64,000 nucleotides of DNA. It comes from Eledone cirrhosa. Its lineage: Eukaryota. Below are positions 26,914 to 40,175 of the stretch, piece by piece. Numbering within the stretch: the stretch's first letter is position 1; each line of letters opens with the position of its first letter. The position numbers and the translations under genes are program-made. The notes under the pieces are model-generated. The model was not told the origin of the DNA. It made no database searches and worked only from the letters and a program-made list of their open reading frames with translations. The stretch is from contig OZ024740.1 of the NCBI GenBank assembly GCA_964016885.1, positions 42,594,001-42,658,000 of the forward strand. Direction: 5' to 3'.

Positions 26914-27658
26914 TAAATCGACAGCTGGATGAGCGGGGACTGTAGTATAGAGGGAGACAACGTCTAGGCTAAAAGCGTATTTATTTAGTTTAAGTTGTTC
27001 TGGCTGGAGTTGGTGTAGTCTACGTATAACTTCGTCGTAGCTACTGACATGCCCGGGAAAGGTGGAGAGTAGAGGCTTGAGGACCTGGGAGAGGAGCCAG
27101 AAAATTGTGTATAGGGTTTCTTTCTATGCTAGAGAAGATGTGTCTTATTTGCGTCTTAGTACTATTCTTGTGGGTCTTGATGAGGTGGTAGAAAGTGGGC
27201 AGTCTGCTATTTCTAGTGGTGTAGTTGAGCTTAATTTTATTTGGGAGTTGTCTTTCCTACAGATATCGAACCAAATGGAGTTGGTCTGTTTTTCGATCTG
27301 GGCTGCAGTCATGTCCGGGATCTCTGTGTATAATACATTGTCGCTTAGGTGTTCAAAGGCTAGGTTATTGTATGTGGCTTGAGAGATGACGCAACACTCT
27401 TTACCTTTGTCGGATGGTAAGTATATAAGTTCCCTATTCCGTAGGTTTTTCAGGGCGAGTGGTTGTTTCCTGGAGAGGTTTGGGGCTATCTTCTTCTGTT
27501 TCCATAAGATGTTAAATACGGAATGTTTTAGTCTCGAGAGTTTTTCTTCAAGCTCGCGGTTGGCAGGCGGTGGACAGAGTGGGCGATCTAGTTGGTACTA
27601 TTTCCTGTCAGCATGGCTTGGCAAGATATTTAGGAGGCTGGTTTGAGACCTTTATTTA

Positions 27659-27693
27659 CCTCTGAAGAAGAGATATTATCTCGAAAATTAAGG
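27659..27693 (+). ncRNA. Minimal hammerhead ribozyme (inverted pLTR copy)
   Basis: cct CTGAAGA a gagat att atctc GAAA at TA agg. Confidence 0.75.
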
Positions 27694-27822
27694 ACATTTA
27701 AATAAATCTAAGGTAAAAGACGATTTGTCAACAATATCTTTTGCAATTGCATTCTTTTTTCTATGTCCATACCTGCATTGTTTTGGCTTTATTATACATA
27801 TTCAAACGTTTATATATATATG

Positions 27823-28088
<266 letters not shown>

Positions 28089-28112
28089 TATATATATATA
28101 TATATATATATA

Positions 28113-28200
<88 letters not shown>

Positions 28201-28716
28201 TATATATATGCATATATATATAGCTTGTCGAGTGCTTTGTTTGGCGCGAATTCCTTTGTTTGAATTCCTCCGCCAAACCACGTGTTTTAGTCTATGATAG
28301 AATCCGTCCTCTTTCTCATTAGAGGCAGCGTGTAAGAATGGCAAGAACTACTGGATTTCTTATCCAGTGGTAACTGCTAAGACCCACTGTATAGACCTAT
28401 CTTATGACTTGGACCACCTGTTGATGAGTTTGACAGCCCGATTACGAACTTATCTGATGATTATACGTGATTATCTGAACATTGAGGATCTAATATCTAC
28501 ATTGGTGAAGTTATGTTTCACAGAAACAATATCGTCCAGGAATTGAGAATTTTACCTTTCTCTCTATAAAAGCACACCTACCCTGTCTGCTATTAACTAA
28601 ATGCGTGCACCCTTAACAGCTGATTGCAACTGCATTATTGCAATTCGCCAGATTCATTGAGTGAGCGAGACTTTGGCTGGAGACGTTTACTTAATACCAG
28701 CGATCTTTGTAAATTT

Positions 28717-28765
<49 letters not shown>

Positions 28766-28770
<5 letters not shown>

Positions 28771-28924
28771 AACGAGTAGGACCCCGACGGCTGAGCTCAA
28801 GCCATCGAAAGGGCTTGAGCTCAGCCGTCGGGGTCCTACTCGTTCCTATTACCCACTCTACTACCCTAAGTATTGAGTACTTTGGTGCGTTATCGTCCAC
28901 CTGGTTCCTTACCACATTTCCTTC

Positions 28925-28930
<6 letters not shown>
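28766..28930. repeat. Fold-back family A element in (TA)n
   Basis: Hairpin 28766-28849 plus ~80-bp tail. Family copies at 34993-35173, 36861-37063, 39911-40073 and 52328-52390. Confidence 0.85.
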
Positions 28931-28963
<33 letters not shown>

Positions 28964-28989
28964 TCATCCAGATAACCAGGGCTGGATAA

Positions 28990-29160
28990 AAATAATTGTT
29001 TCTACATTTGGCCCAAGGCCAGCAATTATCCAGTACGTTACTGGTACTTTATTTTATCGACTCCGTAAGGATGAAAGGCAAAGTTATCCTCTGCAGGATT
29101 TGAACTCAGATCGTAAGCAGACGTAACTATGCTGGAAAGCATGTCCGACCCTCTACCGAT
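28990..29160 (-). mobile_element. tRNA-derived SINE
   Basis: Reverse-complement copy of 18130-18316. Confidence 0.8.
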
Positions 29161-29167
29161 AATGCCA

Positions 29168-30021
29168 AATGTTCGGAAGACCATCTGAAGAGGCCGAGTT
29201 GATACTATGGCACCAACATACTGCATAGCCGTCAAACTTGTCGAAACATTTGTAATGGAAAATTTCCCAATAAACTGTAGCAAAAAACCCATTTTACATA
29301 CTTATTCCTCACTGGACCACCAGTTGTAGTATACGATGCTTCAGGGTGTTGAGTGCTTACCCCAGGATACTTCTAGATCTACCAGTTACAAAACCCTAAC
29401 TGGTCATCTACCTCCATATAACATAATAGCTCCCCCACCCACCATGTCGAGTGCCTATTGATATAACTGAAAGTGCGATGGATATTTCTTCACCCTAGCG
29501 ATAGCGTGCGATCTCGCTAGTATGGATTACCCACTGAACCTCACATACTTAAAAACGTGGATAACATCATGGTTGTTAGACAGGGAAATTAACAAACTAA
29601 TGAAGAGATAATTCCCGATTCCCAGGAATATATAACTTTCGTACGATACTCTACCTACGGCTGCCTTACGAAACCCACCAAGGCTATTTTAACCACTAGC
29701 CAACCGGAACACATGACAATAACAGGCTGGCCCACTACTACAGGCTGGTATACGTGACTAATATGTCACTATGAATGGCCGATATCGAGATAGGAGATAT
29801 TGAATTTGATCACTTCCCCTATCTCTCCACCTCAGGTTCTCAGTTCTCCAGCGAACCAGAGTCGGCTAAAAATAATGTTCAGAAATCAACTGAAGAAGCC
29901 AGATTGCTACTATGGAACCAAAATGCTGCCTAGTCGTCAAAACTGTCGAAATCTTTGTAATGGAACATTTCCGAATAAATTGTTGTAAAAACCTATTTTG
30001 CATACTTATTCTTCAACTAGA
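29168..30021 (+). mobile_element. Retrozyme-like element: two HHR-bearing ~150-bp direct repeats around a ~550-bp non-coding core
   Basis: 29168-29316 resembles 29874-30021 (period ~705 bp), and each repeat has CTGAAGA...GAAA..TA. Confidence 0.72.
29181..29258 (+). ncRNA. Type-I hammerhead ribozyme
   Basis: ccat CTGAAGA ggccgagttga..tcaaacttgtc GAAA catttg TA atgg. A weaker second copy lies at 29886-29963. Confidence 0.82.
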
Positions 30022-30104
30022 AACGTTTTCTCATTTTAGTATTTGTACACACATTCCAACGGAATCCTATATTAGAATAGTGAAAATTATGACTCTGCAA
30101 CCAG

Positions 30105-30655
30105 TTAAGGTCAGGGTTAAGTGTTAGCAATTAATATTAATGGTATTTCTGAAGGATATACTTTAGGTTTACGGGTAGGAGTTAGGCTTAGGGTTAGAGA
30201 TTAAAAGTAGAGTTACGGTCAGGTTTTATGGACTGAAATAGGTTTTAGGTTTATCATTAGGGGATAGTAGGTATATTGAAAGGATTTATGATCAGTATCT
30301 AGGTTTTAATGCTAGGTTTAGGTTTTAATGCTAGGTTTAGGCTTTAGCGATTAGAGCTTAGTGGTTAGCGATTAGGTGTTAGGAGTTACTGTTAAGATTA
30401 AGAGTTAAGATTAAGTTTAGAGTTAGATGTTAGGGCGAGAGTTTAGTGTCAGTGAAGAGATTTAGGGATTTAAGTTTAAGGTTAGTGATTATGGTTAATG
30501 TTAGGATTCGCAGTTAACCTTTTAGTTTGTGGTTTATAATTTTAGTTTAGAGTTTAATGCCTCTATTTAGGGATGGGGTTTGAGATTATTTTTGCCAGTT
30601 AGTATTTAGGTTTAGGTTTGGGATAGTTTTTTTCAGGCTTGGGCTAAGGGTTAAT
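30105..30655 (+). repeat. Degenerate (TTAGGG)-like 6-bp array
   Basis: About 550 bp of ttaggg/ttaggt/ttagag/ttaaga variants. Confidence 0.7.
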
Positions 30656-31972
30656 ATTAACGTCTGAGTGTGTGGTCATACGGAGAATTGAATAAGATGA
30701 CATTTGTGAAAAGTGTTGTCAGAAACGTAATATTAATATTTAAAACCGAAATTCTAAAAGAATGGCTTAGAAATATCTAGAAATAAAAATGTCACAGCTC
30801 TGTTTGAATGAAAAACAATAGTTGCAATACATTGTTTTGGCGCTACAATTCAATAGACTAATGGGTAATAAAATAATTTCTCCTCAATTTTATTAAATTG
30901 ACCTGGCAACCTTGTGGGCGTCAGCGAGATTTTGTAATTATCCGTAAAATAGATGTCTTTATTTTCCTTCTGTCATTTGTATTTATTAGCTAGATAATTA
31001 AATGTAATGAATTTATTTTTTGTATTTATAATTGCATACAAAGCCGTGTACTGAAGCGATGTATTAAATGTATTTACTTTTCAAGGAGTAGCTATGATTA
31101 CCATTTAGAAATAGCAAGCCTTAAAATATTGTGTAATGTTTAAGAATAGTTTTCATATAATTTGTAATGGATTAGTGATACATAATGACAGAATCTTTTT
31201 CCAATAAGCATTTTTCTTGATAGGATTTAAACAGTTTGTGAGAGGCACGTATTGTGTAAATAGCCAATATTCAAGCCATCATGGAATATACATTCAAATT
31301 CTGCTTTCTTCATCTACATAAGGTTTTGACAAAAAGAAGAGAATGTAAGATGAATTGTTGAATAAAATACTCAATCTAACGGAAGGAAACTGCAAAATGG
31401 ATGGATTGTAGTATATTGTCTTGAATATCTGACCTGTAACTACTGGTTCAATGCTTTAATGTGACTTGATGTATTTCTAAGGACGATAAATAATTTGACA
31501 TCATGTTCACGTTAATGGTCTATCCTTATCATGCTGCTTTTGAAATGACGTTTTTGTGTAAGATTTAAATTCCAGAATCCATTGACAGTAAGCAATTTAA
31601 TTCACGATATGTGTAGCACTTTTTTCTGTTTTCAGTGAAAAGGTATGGAAAAATATATTCATTTCGATTGGCCCTTTCTCTATAAAATAGCTGAAAAGCA
31701 TTGGCAGCTTTAGACAATTAAATCAAAGAAATAAATCGGGTGTTAGGTTGAAGAACTGATCTTTGTTAAGGATTATCGACGTGGTTTACAAAAAATAAAA
31801 AAATATAAATACATAAAACTTAGATTAGTCTTCTTCACTAAAAATGAAACATGTCATTTTACAATACACTATAAAAATCATCCTTTTGGAAGATAACTTA
31901 TACTTACACATAAAAAGTAGAACTGTCTGTTACCACGCATGTTGTAGTAAAACATTACTAAACATACACATG

Positions 31973-32017
<45 letters not shown>

Positions 32018-33664
32018 AATCTATACAACATGGTACATCGATGAATAAATACACAACATGTAAATATAATTACGTTAATGTTATGACTTTATGTCTTATA
32101 TAGTTTGGGAATAGTGGAATTTTGTCAAATGTTTAAAGTCAATATTTGATGAAATATAGTATTCGATGATATTTCAGCACATCAATGGATTTCAGTATTC
32201 ATTATAGATGCTGAATGATGTAACACAAGCCGTATCACTTTATGTATTATTTAAGGAGAATTACGAAACTGTTCCCCTCTGTATCTAGCGGTGTAAACTA
32301 TAACATTAACGAGTCGTTTGCAGCATAGCCATGTGGAGCTAATGGCATGACTTGGGTACTATTTGGATAAAAACTATTCTGACGTCAATAGAGCTAATGC
32401 TGTATACACGTCATAATAGCAACTACAAAATACTTCATAACAATATACTCCACTTGCTGAAGAACGTCAGATTATCTGTTCCTGTTTAATGATGGATATG
32501 TTATAAATATTTGAAAGTAATTCGTTGCAATAATCCAGCTCATATAATGCTAAAATTAAGATTGCACTGCATGAGATAATTGAAGCATCATAATTTTGAT
32601 AGAAAACATTTAATACAGCTACAACGATAATTAATATTTTTCACTGAAGCAACATTTGGACAGAGATGCAAACTGTCGCCATCCTGATTGCTGAGAGCTA
32701 ATTAGAGTCAATTAGGTAGACGTAAACAGTCATTGACAGTATTAATTAGTAGATAGTGGTGGTAGTTATGGTGGGGTGCTGTGGAGCAGACGACTCTGAC
32801 GACACACATTCACAAACCCCGTACCTTTAAAACTATATGAAAACAAATTCGTCTTTGAAAAAACAGTGGGTAATAATATAAAAAATTTGTTGTTTGAGCA
32901 CTACTGATAAAAATGAAAACTTCTATACGACACTCTCCGACACTAACATTACAACACGATTAAAAACAAGATATATAAAACTAATACATAGAATATACTG
33001 CTGTTTTCTTCTTAAACTTTATTTAAACAGCCAGCTTGGGGGTATCGTTACGTTACATAAACAGAATTATTGTCTCGTTAATTCTGTCACAATTTAACTC
33101 TACTAACAACAACGGCGCCAAAACTTCAACATCGTTAAACAATATGATTCTAATAAAACTGATTCTCCCCAGATAATAGTTTAATGCCTGAGATACAATT
33201 AAACTGGAGGGTATCTTGACCTCTTAACCGTTGATAACTTTTCTAAAAACCTATTCACCGATACCAGAGAAGACATTGTGCTCGTACATAGTTTATTACT
33301 CACATTTGATACACAGCTACTTTATGTAAAGAACATTATGTATATTTTACTATTACTTTCCAACGCGGAAGATGTAATATTTTATTCCGTTTCATTTTCT
33401 AGGAAACGTTCTCTAGCATTTTCGTGTGTAGTGTAGAAGATATTGTCTTGAGTAGCCAGAATATATGAATAGTATTGTAATATCAACAACTGGTTGTCAA
33501 ATAAAATTATAAAGAGTCATTATCTTATTATTCTTTATATAATTCCACCTACGAAGCATGGGCTAATACATATGTGTCCTTACTATTTAAACTAAATCCA
33601 CTACATCAATGAGGGCAGATATTTTAAATCCACTACATCAATGAGGGCAGATATTTTAATTCAA

Positions 33665-34140
33665 CATTTTTTGCCTACTTATTCCCAGAGAGTTGTGGGG
33701 CCAGATTCCTCAAGCATACCTTCTAGCGGATCCTGTCAGAAACAATGTCTCAAATTGATCCAGCTGGATCCCTAAGTATGATCAGCCGAGCTCATGGATG
33801 TTATCTAACCATCTTACTTGGGGTCTGCACCTGGGTCTCCTGTCGGCTGGTTTTGCCCGTAAAATATGTTCGGCGTTTCGTGCCTTAGATATTCTGAACA
33901 CGTGTCCATAGTATCGTAGCTATGATCTCTCAATTCGGACTATTAGCGACACCCTGATCTAATAAGTCCTTTGTTAACTTCGATGTAAAGTTTTTTTTTA
34001 AATTCCTGTTAATTTTGTGGAGAACTTTCTCGCATTTGTCGGTGGCGAAAAGGATCTCCGGAAGTTAACCAGGATTTAGAAAGCCATTAGCGATACTCCG
34101 ACCAACTTCCAACTCACTCAACAAACATTAGGAAATGCCT
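33665..34140 (-). mobile_element. RTE-clade LINE 3' fragment
   Basis: Minus translation LRYYGHVFR...RRPRCRPQVRWLDNIHELG. Related to 62700-62990. Confidence 0.7.
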
Positions 34141-34278
34141 AAGTATATTCCCAATTATATGTTTGGGGTGCTAACTATATTGTATTGTGTGGATAATCGG
34201 CTGTATTATTTTATATGAGACATAATTAAATAAAACTCATTCTCCATATATATTTATTCTCCATATATATATATATAT

Positions 34279-34337
<59 letters not shown>

Positions 34338-34342
34338 GGAGG

Positions 34343-34963
34343 GAAAAGAAATAAGATTTCGCTTGAAGCATAGCTTTATACAATATGTATAAATATTTCC
34401 TATTTCCTAAGAAATACGGTTTTAGGAAGCCGTAGTTATGCAAACACCGGGGAGCTAACGCCCTCTGGTGATGTCCTGCAGAAGAGAAGCAAGGGGGACA
34501 ACCGTCTATGCATTTCAGGCTTAACTGGCCTTCGTCAGGACGCCCCCCCCCCCCCCACCGCTTGCGCCTGTTGGACTAGAAGACACCCGAGAATATATAG
34601 TTTTCATGTCTGTGTAAATGAGGTGATTAATCTCATTTGCATATGAAGCTGCATAAATTTGGTTCAAGGGAAATCTTATTTCTTTTCTATTATAAGTTGA
34701 GCCAACTTATGCAGCTTCATATGCAAATGAGATTAATCACCTCATTTACACAGACGAGAAAAGTATATATATCGCATGTCTTCTAGTCCAGCAGTCACAA
34801 GCGGTGGGAGGGATCTTCCTGACGAAGGCCAGTTAAGCCTGAAATGCATTGACGGTTGTCCCCCTTGCTTCTGCTGGACATCACCAGAAGGTGTTAGCCC
34901 ACCGGTGTTTGCATAACTACGGCTTCCTAAAACCACATTTCTTTGGAGATACGAAATTTCTAT

Positions 34964-34965
<2 letters not shown>
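34343..34965. repeat. Large fold-back with an HHR in each arm
   Basis: Arms ~34387-34667 and ~34698-34965 are diverged inverted copies. Confidence 0.85.
34503..34542 (-). ncRNA. Minimal hammerhead ribozyme
   Basis: Minus strand: cgtc CTGACGA aggc cagttaa gcct GAAA tgca TA gacg. The plus-strand copy at 34815-34854 has a weaker stem I. Confidence 0.88.
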
Positions 34966-34992
<27 letters not shown>

Positions 34993-34994
<2 letters not shown>

Positions 34995-35173
34995 ACGAAG
35001 GAAATGTGGTAAGGAACCAGGTGGACCATAACGCACCAAAGTACTCAATACTTAGGGTAGTAGAGTGGGTAATAGGAACAAGTAAGACCCCGACGGCTGA
35101 GCTCACGCCGTTTCGACGGAATTAGCCGTCGAAACGGCTTGAGCTCAGCCGTCGGGGTCTTACTTGTTCCTAT
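34993..35173. repeat. Fold-back family A element
   Basis: Tail plus hairpin 35072-35173, with (TA)n flanks. Confidence 0.85.
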
Positions 35174-35187
35174 ATATATATATATGT

Positions 35188-36812
35188 AAATATCTTTAAG
35201 TCGTTTGGAAGCCTCGACAATGCAAATGGGTAAATCTCCGGGTAACAAGGTCCGGTGGTGGAGAGAGAGATGTAAGTGGGTGCACGTTGAGATGCGTGGT
35301 GTGTATAAGATGTGTGAGATGTGTAGAATGAAGGGAAGAGTATAAAGTATAAAATAAAAATAACAACACACGAGAGAGTTACCTTGGGAGAGATTTAATA
35401 GTCCCTATATATTTCGGATTCACATCCATCAACTGGGGTTTTTTTCTGGGGTGGGGGAAAAGGTTGTCTGTCGGACAAGTCCGGAACGCATCCTTTGCTG
35501 TTTGTTGTTTTGAATATCTGAGGTATTCGGCAGAGCGCGCGTGCGCGTGAAATGGGGTCGGTCGTACAGAGGTCAGCGGCCGAATGAGGGAGTGGGATGG
35601 CGCTAGCTGTCAGTCCATTCTCTGCCTGTTTGTTAAATGTTACTGTGTGCGTGTGTTGTTGTCTCGCTTGAGTGTGTGTGCGTGTGTTGTTGTCTCGCTT
35701 GAGTGTGTGTTGTTGCCTTGTTCCTCTGTATTGGCAGTGTAGTATGTTCGTATGGTGGAATGCTACTGTGTGTGTGTGCGTGTGTGTGCGTAGTTGTCTC
35801 GTTTGCGTGTGTGTGTGTGTGCGTGTGTTGTGTGTTGTTGCATCGCTTGTTAACTTAAACCAGCCATCTCATTTCGCTTCTCTCTGATTGGTTGTTTATT
35901 AGCGGTTGCAGTCGTTTGATAAAAAGCGCTTCCTTGATACGTAACGTGCCGACGTTTCTTTCAGTCGCTAGAATTGAGACAATGGGCCTTCCGTCTTTGT
36001 TTCCGCATTTGTCTATGTGCTTCCGGAAAGACGAGGCCCTGGTTTTAGTGTTTTCCTTGATCCGGATGTGCAAAGGTCGAATTGTGCTAGCTATGTAGTA
36101 TTGGTTGCACCTGTCACATTCTATCTTATACACGACGTATGTGCTTAGGCAACAGTTCGCATGGCGTATCGGGCAGTCTCTGAGGGAGCATGCGTCAGTA
36201 GATTTTTCGGGTTTCCTGGAGAGGCATCTTCGCAGGGAGGGGCTCGAGTGGGCCAGGTGGATGTCGAGGCCCTCCCTCCGTATAGCCTTGCGGATAGCAT
36301 TGGTGGTTTTCTCGCCCAGGTGTGGCATTTTAAGGAAGCACTTGCCTTGGGTGCTTCTCTGTCTCTTGCGTCTGGTGTCTCCTATTCTGTCTGCGATCGA
36401 GGTAGGGTACCCGTTCGTCTCCAGCACCTCGAGGAATCGCTTGGTATGAGTGACACCACTCGCGGGATCGCTGCATCTGTTTTTGATTCGCGCGATCTCG
36501 TTCGTGATGTATCCTCTTTTGGCACTGTTAGGGAGGTGGACTTGTAGTGAACGAATAGGTCCCTGCAGGCTGCCTTTCGGTAGAAGTTGCAGTGGATCCT
36601 TCCCTGTTCCGTGATGTTGATTCGGAAGTCGAGGAGGGCAAGTGACCCGTCTTCGTTGGGGTGTTCAACACTGAAGTCAATGTTCTCGTCCGTGTTGTTG
36701 AACGTCTCATAGATTCTGTTCGCCGTGTCTTGGGAAGATGTGAGGATGAGGATATCGTCCACGTACCTTGAGAAAAAGGCTACGGCGTTGGGGTGGCAGG
36801 CGTTGAGTGCCT
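35188..36812 (-). mobile_element. Penelope-like element, 5'-truncated (RT thumb + GIY-YIG)
   Basis: Motifs RYVDDILILT, LALLD and VVYKIECDRC..YIAST..RIKE. Paralogous to 25765-26913. Decayed HHR at ~35404-35437. Confidence 0.85.
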
Positions 36813-36828
36813 TTGTAATATATATATA

Positions 36829-36860
<32 letters not shown>

Positions 36861-36865
<5 letters not shown>

Positions 36866-37063
36866 AAAAAGTATAACCCCGACGGCAGAGTTCAAGCTGT
36901 CTCGACGGCTATTTCTGGACTCAGTCCAGAAATAGCTGTCGAAACGGCTTGATCTCTGCCGTCGGGGTCATACTTTTTACTATTACCCATTTACTACCCT
37001 AAGTATTGAATACTCTGATGCGTTATAGTCCATCTAGTTCCTTACCACAATTCCATCGTTTTA
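36861..37063. repeat. Fold-back family A element
   Basis: Hairpin 36861-36982 plus tail. Confidence 0.8.
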
Positions 37064-37504
37064 TACATATATATATATATATATAATATATATAAATATA
37101 TATTGAGTTAAAAACTCACAATCAAATTAGCTCAAGGAGGACAATTTCTGGGACTTTATAACGTGATTTGAACACATATGCATATATCTGTGTTCGTCTC
37201 TCTTTACTGTGTTATATATAGATTAATGTGGTAGAAAAGACATGAATTACCATAAAATCCCTGATCACCAAAACTTACCCCTTTAAGAAAACCCACTGTA
37301 AGAATAAGAAATGTGTTATATGTAGAATGAAACTTCAAATTAATTGTAAAACTAGAAATGTAGTCTATAGCATAAGATATAGAGAGGGTACTTGCAGAAA
37401 CATGACAACGGCATACATAGATGAGACAGCTTGAAGCATAGGAGAGAGCATAGACCAACACATAGGGGCTAAAAGGACAAGAAGACGTTTCGATACACTA
37501 TGAA

Positions 37505-38042
37505 CTCTCCAGACAAAGGCATGATGGTAATATAGACAACATAGAATTTAAGGTAATATCTAAACATAGAAATGACTCAACAGGTAGACAAATCAGAGAA
37601 ACAACTGAAATAGAACTAAAAAAAACAAAGTTAAACAGAAAAAACGAATGGAATAACAACAACAACCATACCCAAACAAACAATACTGACCTAAGGGAAA
37701 TATAAATAAATAAATAACAAGTACAATAATTAGTGTAAACACACACACTAGAGAACAAAAATAGAATACAAAATCACATAGACTCAAACACGGACACACA
37801 CACCAAACAGAAAACACACACGCAAACGCATGCGCAAACAGAGACAGATACAAGAATAAATAAATAAATAAAAAAATAAAAAAATAAATAAAATAAAAAT
37901 GGTGTAGACATTACAATACAACAGGAGGAAACATAATAGTACCACTGATGGTATCACAGATGTGTGACGAAAGAACTTTGATAGACTATATATATAAATA
38001 TATTTGTTCGTACTGCCTCCCTGTTTGTTCCCGTTCCATTTT

Positions 38043-38050
<8 letters not shown>
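37505..38050 (+). mobile_element. PLE 3' fragment (GIY-YIG C-terminus + pLTR with decayed HHR)
   Basis: Translation HDGNIDNIEFKVISKHRNDSTGRQIRE..KLNRKNEW is homologous to the 21404-21997 C-terminus. CTGATGG..GAAA gaac TT at ~37941-37984. Confidence 0.75.
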
Positions 38051-38080
<30 letters not shown>

Positions 38081-38349
38081 AAGCGCCAACCGTTAAGGTT
38101 GTCTTTTTTTCAGAGTATGTCAATATTTATTTATATTGCAAATCTGTATTTTATCTAATGAAAGCGCACCATAATTTGCCTTGGTTCCCCTGGAAATATG
38201 TATAATAAAATAAATATGGTTTTATAAATAGAGTTTCCATTTATTAATATATTGTATATTAACTCCACTAATTTGTTGAGTGCTTTATATCAGTTATAAC
38301 ATTTTTTAAATTAAATATAACCTCTGCATATATATATATATATATAGAT

Positions 38350-38780
38350 AAATATACACGGGTGTGTATGATTGTGTATAGAAGATTATATTAATAAAAG
38401 GAATTCCAACTTTGTCTGATTTACTCGTTTTATTTACAATCCTTTAAAATTTTATAATGGTATTAGAATGAAATAGTATGGTAGAATATTAAATCTTAAG
38501 TGTTAATTGAACAAGTACTTTCATGCTTTCGCAATCTTCAGGTTCACATTGTGTGGTGACAGACAAGTTTGCAATTATCAACTGTTGAAAATTGCAAACT
38601 TGACTGTCACCACACAATGTAAACCTTGAAGATTGCGAAAGCATGAAAGTACTTGTTCAATTAACACTTAACATTTAATATTCTACCATACTATTTCATT
38701 CTAATACCATTATAAAATTTTAAAGGATTGTAAGTAAAACGAGTAAATCAGACAAAGTTGGAATTCCTTTTATTAATATA
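38350..38780. repeat. Fold-back (~195-bp arms) with HHR and a ~37-bp tail
   Basis: 38387-38780 is a near-perfect palindrome centred at ~38583. Confidence 0.9.
38508..38546 (-). ncRNA. Minimal hammerhead ribozyme
   Basis: Minus strand: tgaac CTGAAGA t tgc gaaa gca t GAAA gtac TT gttca. Confidence 0.88.
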
Positions 38781-38793
38781 TATATATATATAT

Positions 38794-39051
38794 CATAGAT
38801 TGAGTTAGTAACTCAAAATAGTCTTTTACAATTAAATAGCTCAAGGAAGGGAATATTTCCGAGCGGTGTAATACAAATGAATATATGAGAGGGATGAACA
38901 CTGATAGAAGTATACATGTGTTCCAATTGCAAATGACCAAGTTAGCTAGCTTGAAAAATATTAGTTAGCATCTTTCAACCTAGCTAAATTGGTCATTTGC
39001 AATTCGAACACATGTATACTTCTATCGGTGTTCACCCCTCTCATATATTCA

Positions 39052-39058
<7 letters not shown>
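38794..39058. repeat. Fold-back (~85-bp arms) with a ~75-bp tail
   Basis: Hairpin 38871-39058. The tail is homologous to 37101-37165. Confidence 0.8.
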
Positions 39059-39114
<56 letters not shown>

Positions 39115-39251
39115 CATTCCTGCTCTGTAAAATATCTGTTGTATTTACATTGAGCTATATTTCTTACTGGTAATAAGGTAGTAATGAATTACTGACCTCT
39201 CCTGTTTATAGTTGTGTATAGTGTATATATAACTATCAATAATATTATTAT

Positions 39252-39319
<68 letters not shown>

Positions 39320-39458
39320 TCACTCAAACCGTTGGTCAATCAACAATAAACATTGATTGCCAGATGAATTAACTATGGAGATATAAAAGATATAGAAGCG
39401 AAAAGCAATCTAAATCAAACAGTCTTATCTTTTCTGGCAATATTATAACAATATAACA

Positions 39459-39503
<45 letters not shown>

Positions 39504-39789
39504 TCATTTATTAACATTTATATATATAACCCCACCACACCACAGACATGTTAAATCCCTATATATAGAACAACACACCACATACACATCAGTATGACAA
39601 GCGCACCTCAGCGTGAAAGGTCGTTCTAAAAACGAAACAATACCTCCTACGTTAACCAAGAACTCCAAAGACCTAACCAACAACCAACAACTTAATTTTT
39701 TCTAATCCGGAAAAAATTATTTTTGGATTTTGTGAAGAAAATAAATTTGTTGAAAGCACAAGTGAAGCCATTTTTTCTTCCCCCCTGTC

Positions 39790-39912
<123 letters not shown>

Positions 39913-40141
39913 CGAAGGAGTTGGGGTAAAGAACCAGATGGACCATAACGCACCTGAGTACTCAATATTTAGGTTTGTAGAGTGGGTAATATGAAGATGT
40001 ATGATCCCGACGGCAGAGCTCAAGCCGTTTCGACGGCTATATCTGGACTAGAATTCAGAAATACCCGTCGAAATATATTAAAATAACAGATTAAAGTTTA
40101 AGCAAAGTATCGCTGCTTTCCCCCTTCACGTTTATTATGAT

Positions 40142-40171
<30 letters not shown>

Positions 40172-40175
<4 letters not shown>

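Larger units (their letters stand above)
25183..27812 (-). mobile_element. Penelope-like element (RT + GIY-YIG) with an inverted pseudo-LTR
   Basis: Motifs PSDKG, FSLDVVSLYT, GLPMGSSLS, RYVDD, Cys linker, VVYRLECDKC..YVGST. A ~215-bp inverted repeat spans 25226-25444 and 27596-27812. (TA)n on both sides. Confidence 0.92.

Noticed and set aside
25183-27812. Terminal inverted repeats suggesting a DNA transposon
   Set aside because: The internal ORF is PLE RT/GIY-YIG and the repeats contain an HHR, so they are inverted pLTRs rather than TIRs.
31576-31648. Possible 12-nt and 7-nt microexons
   Set aside because: The implied 48-nt intron is very short, there is no gene context, and such motifs are common in AT-rich DNA.
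33596-33659. 31-bp tandem duplication
   Set aside because: A simple local duplication beside an RTE 3' end with no further structure.
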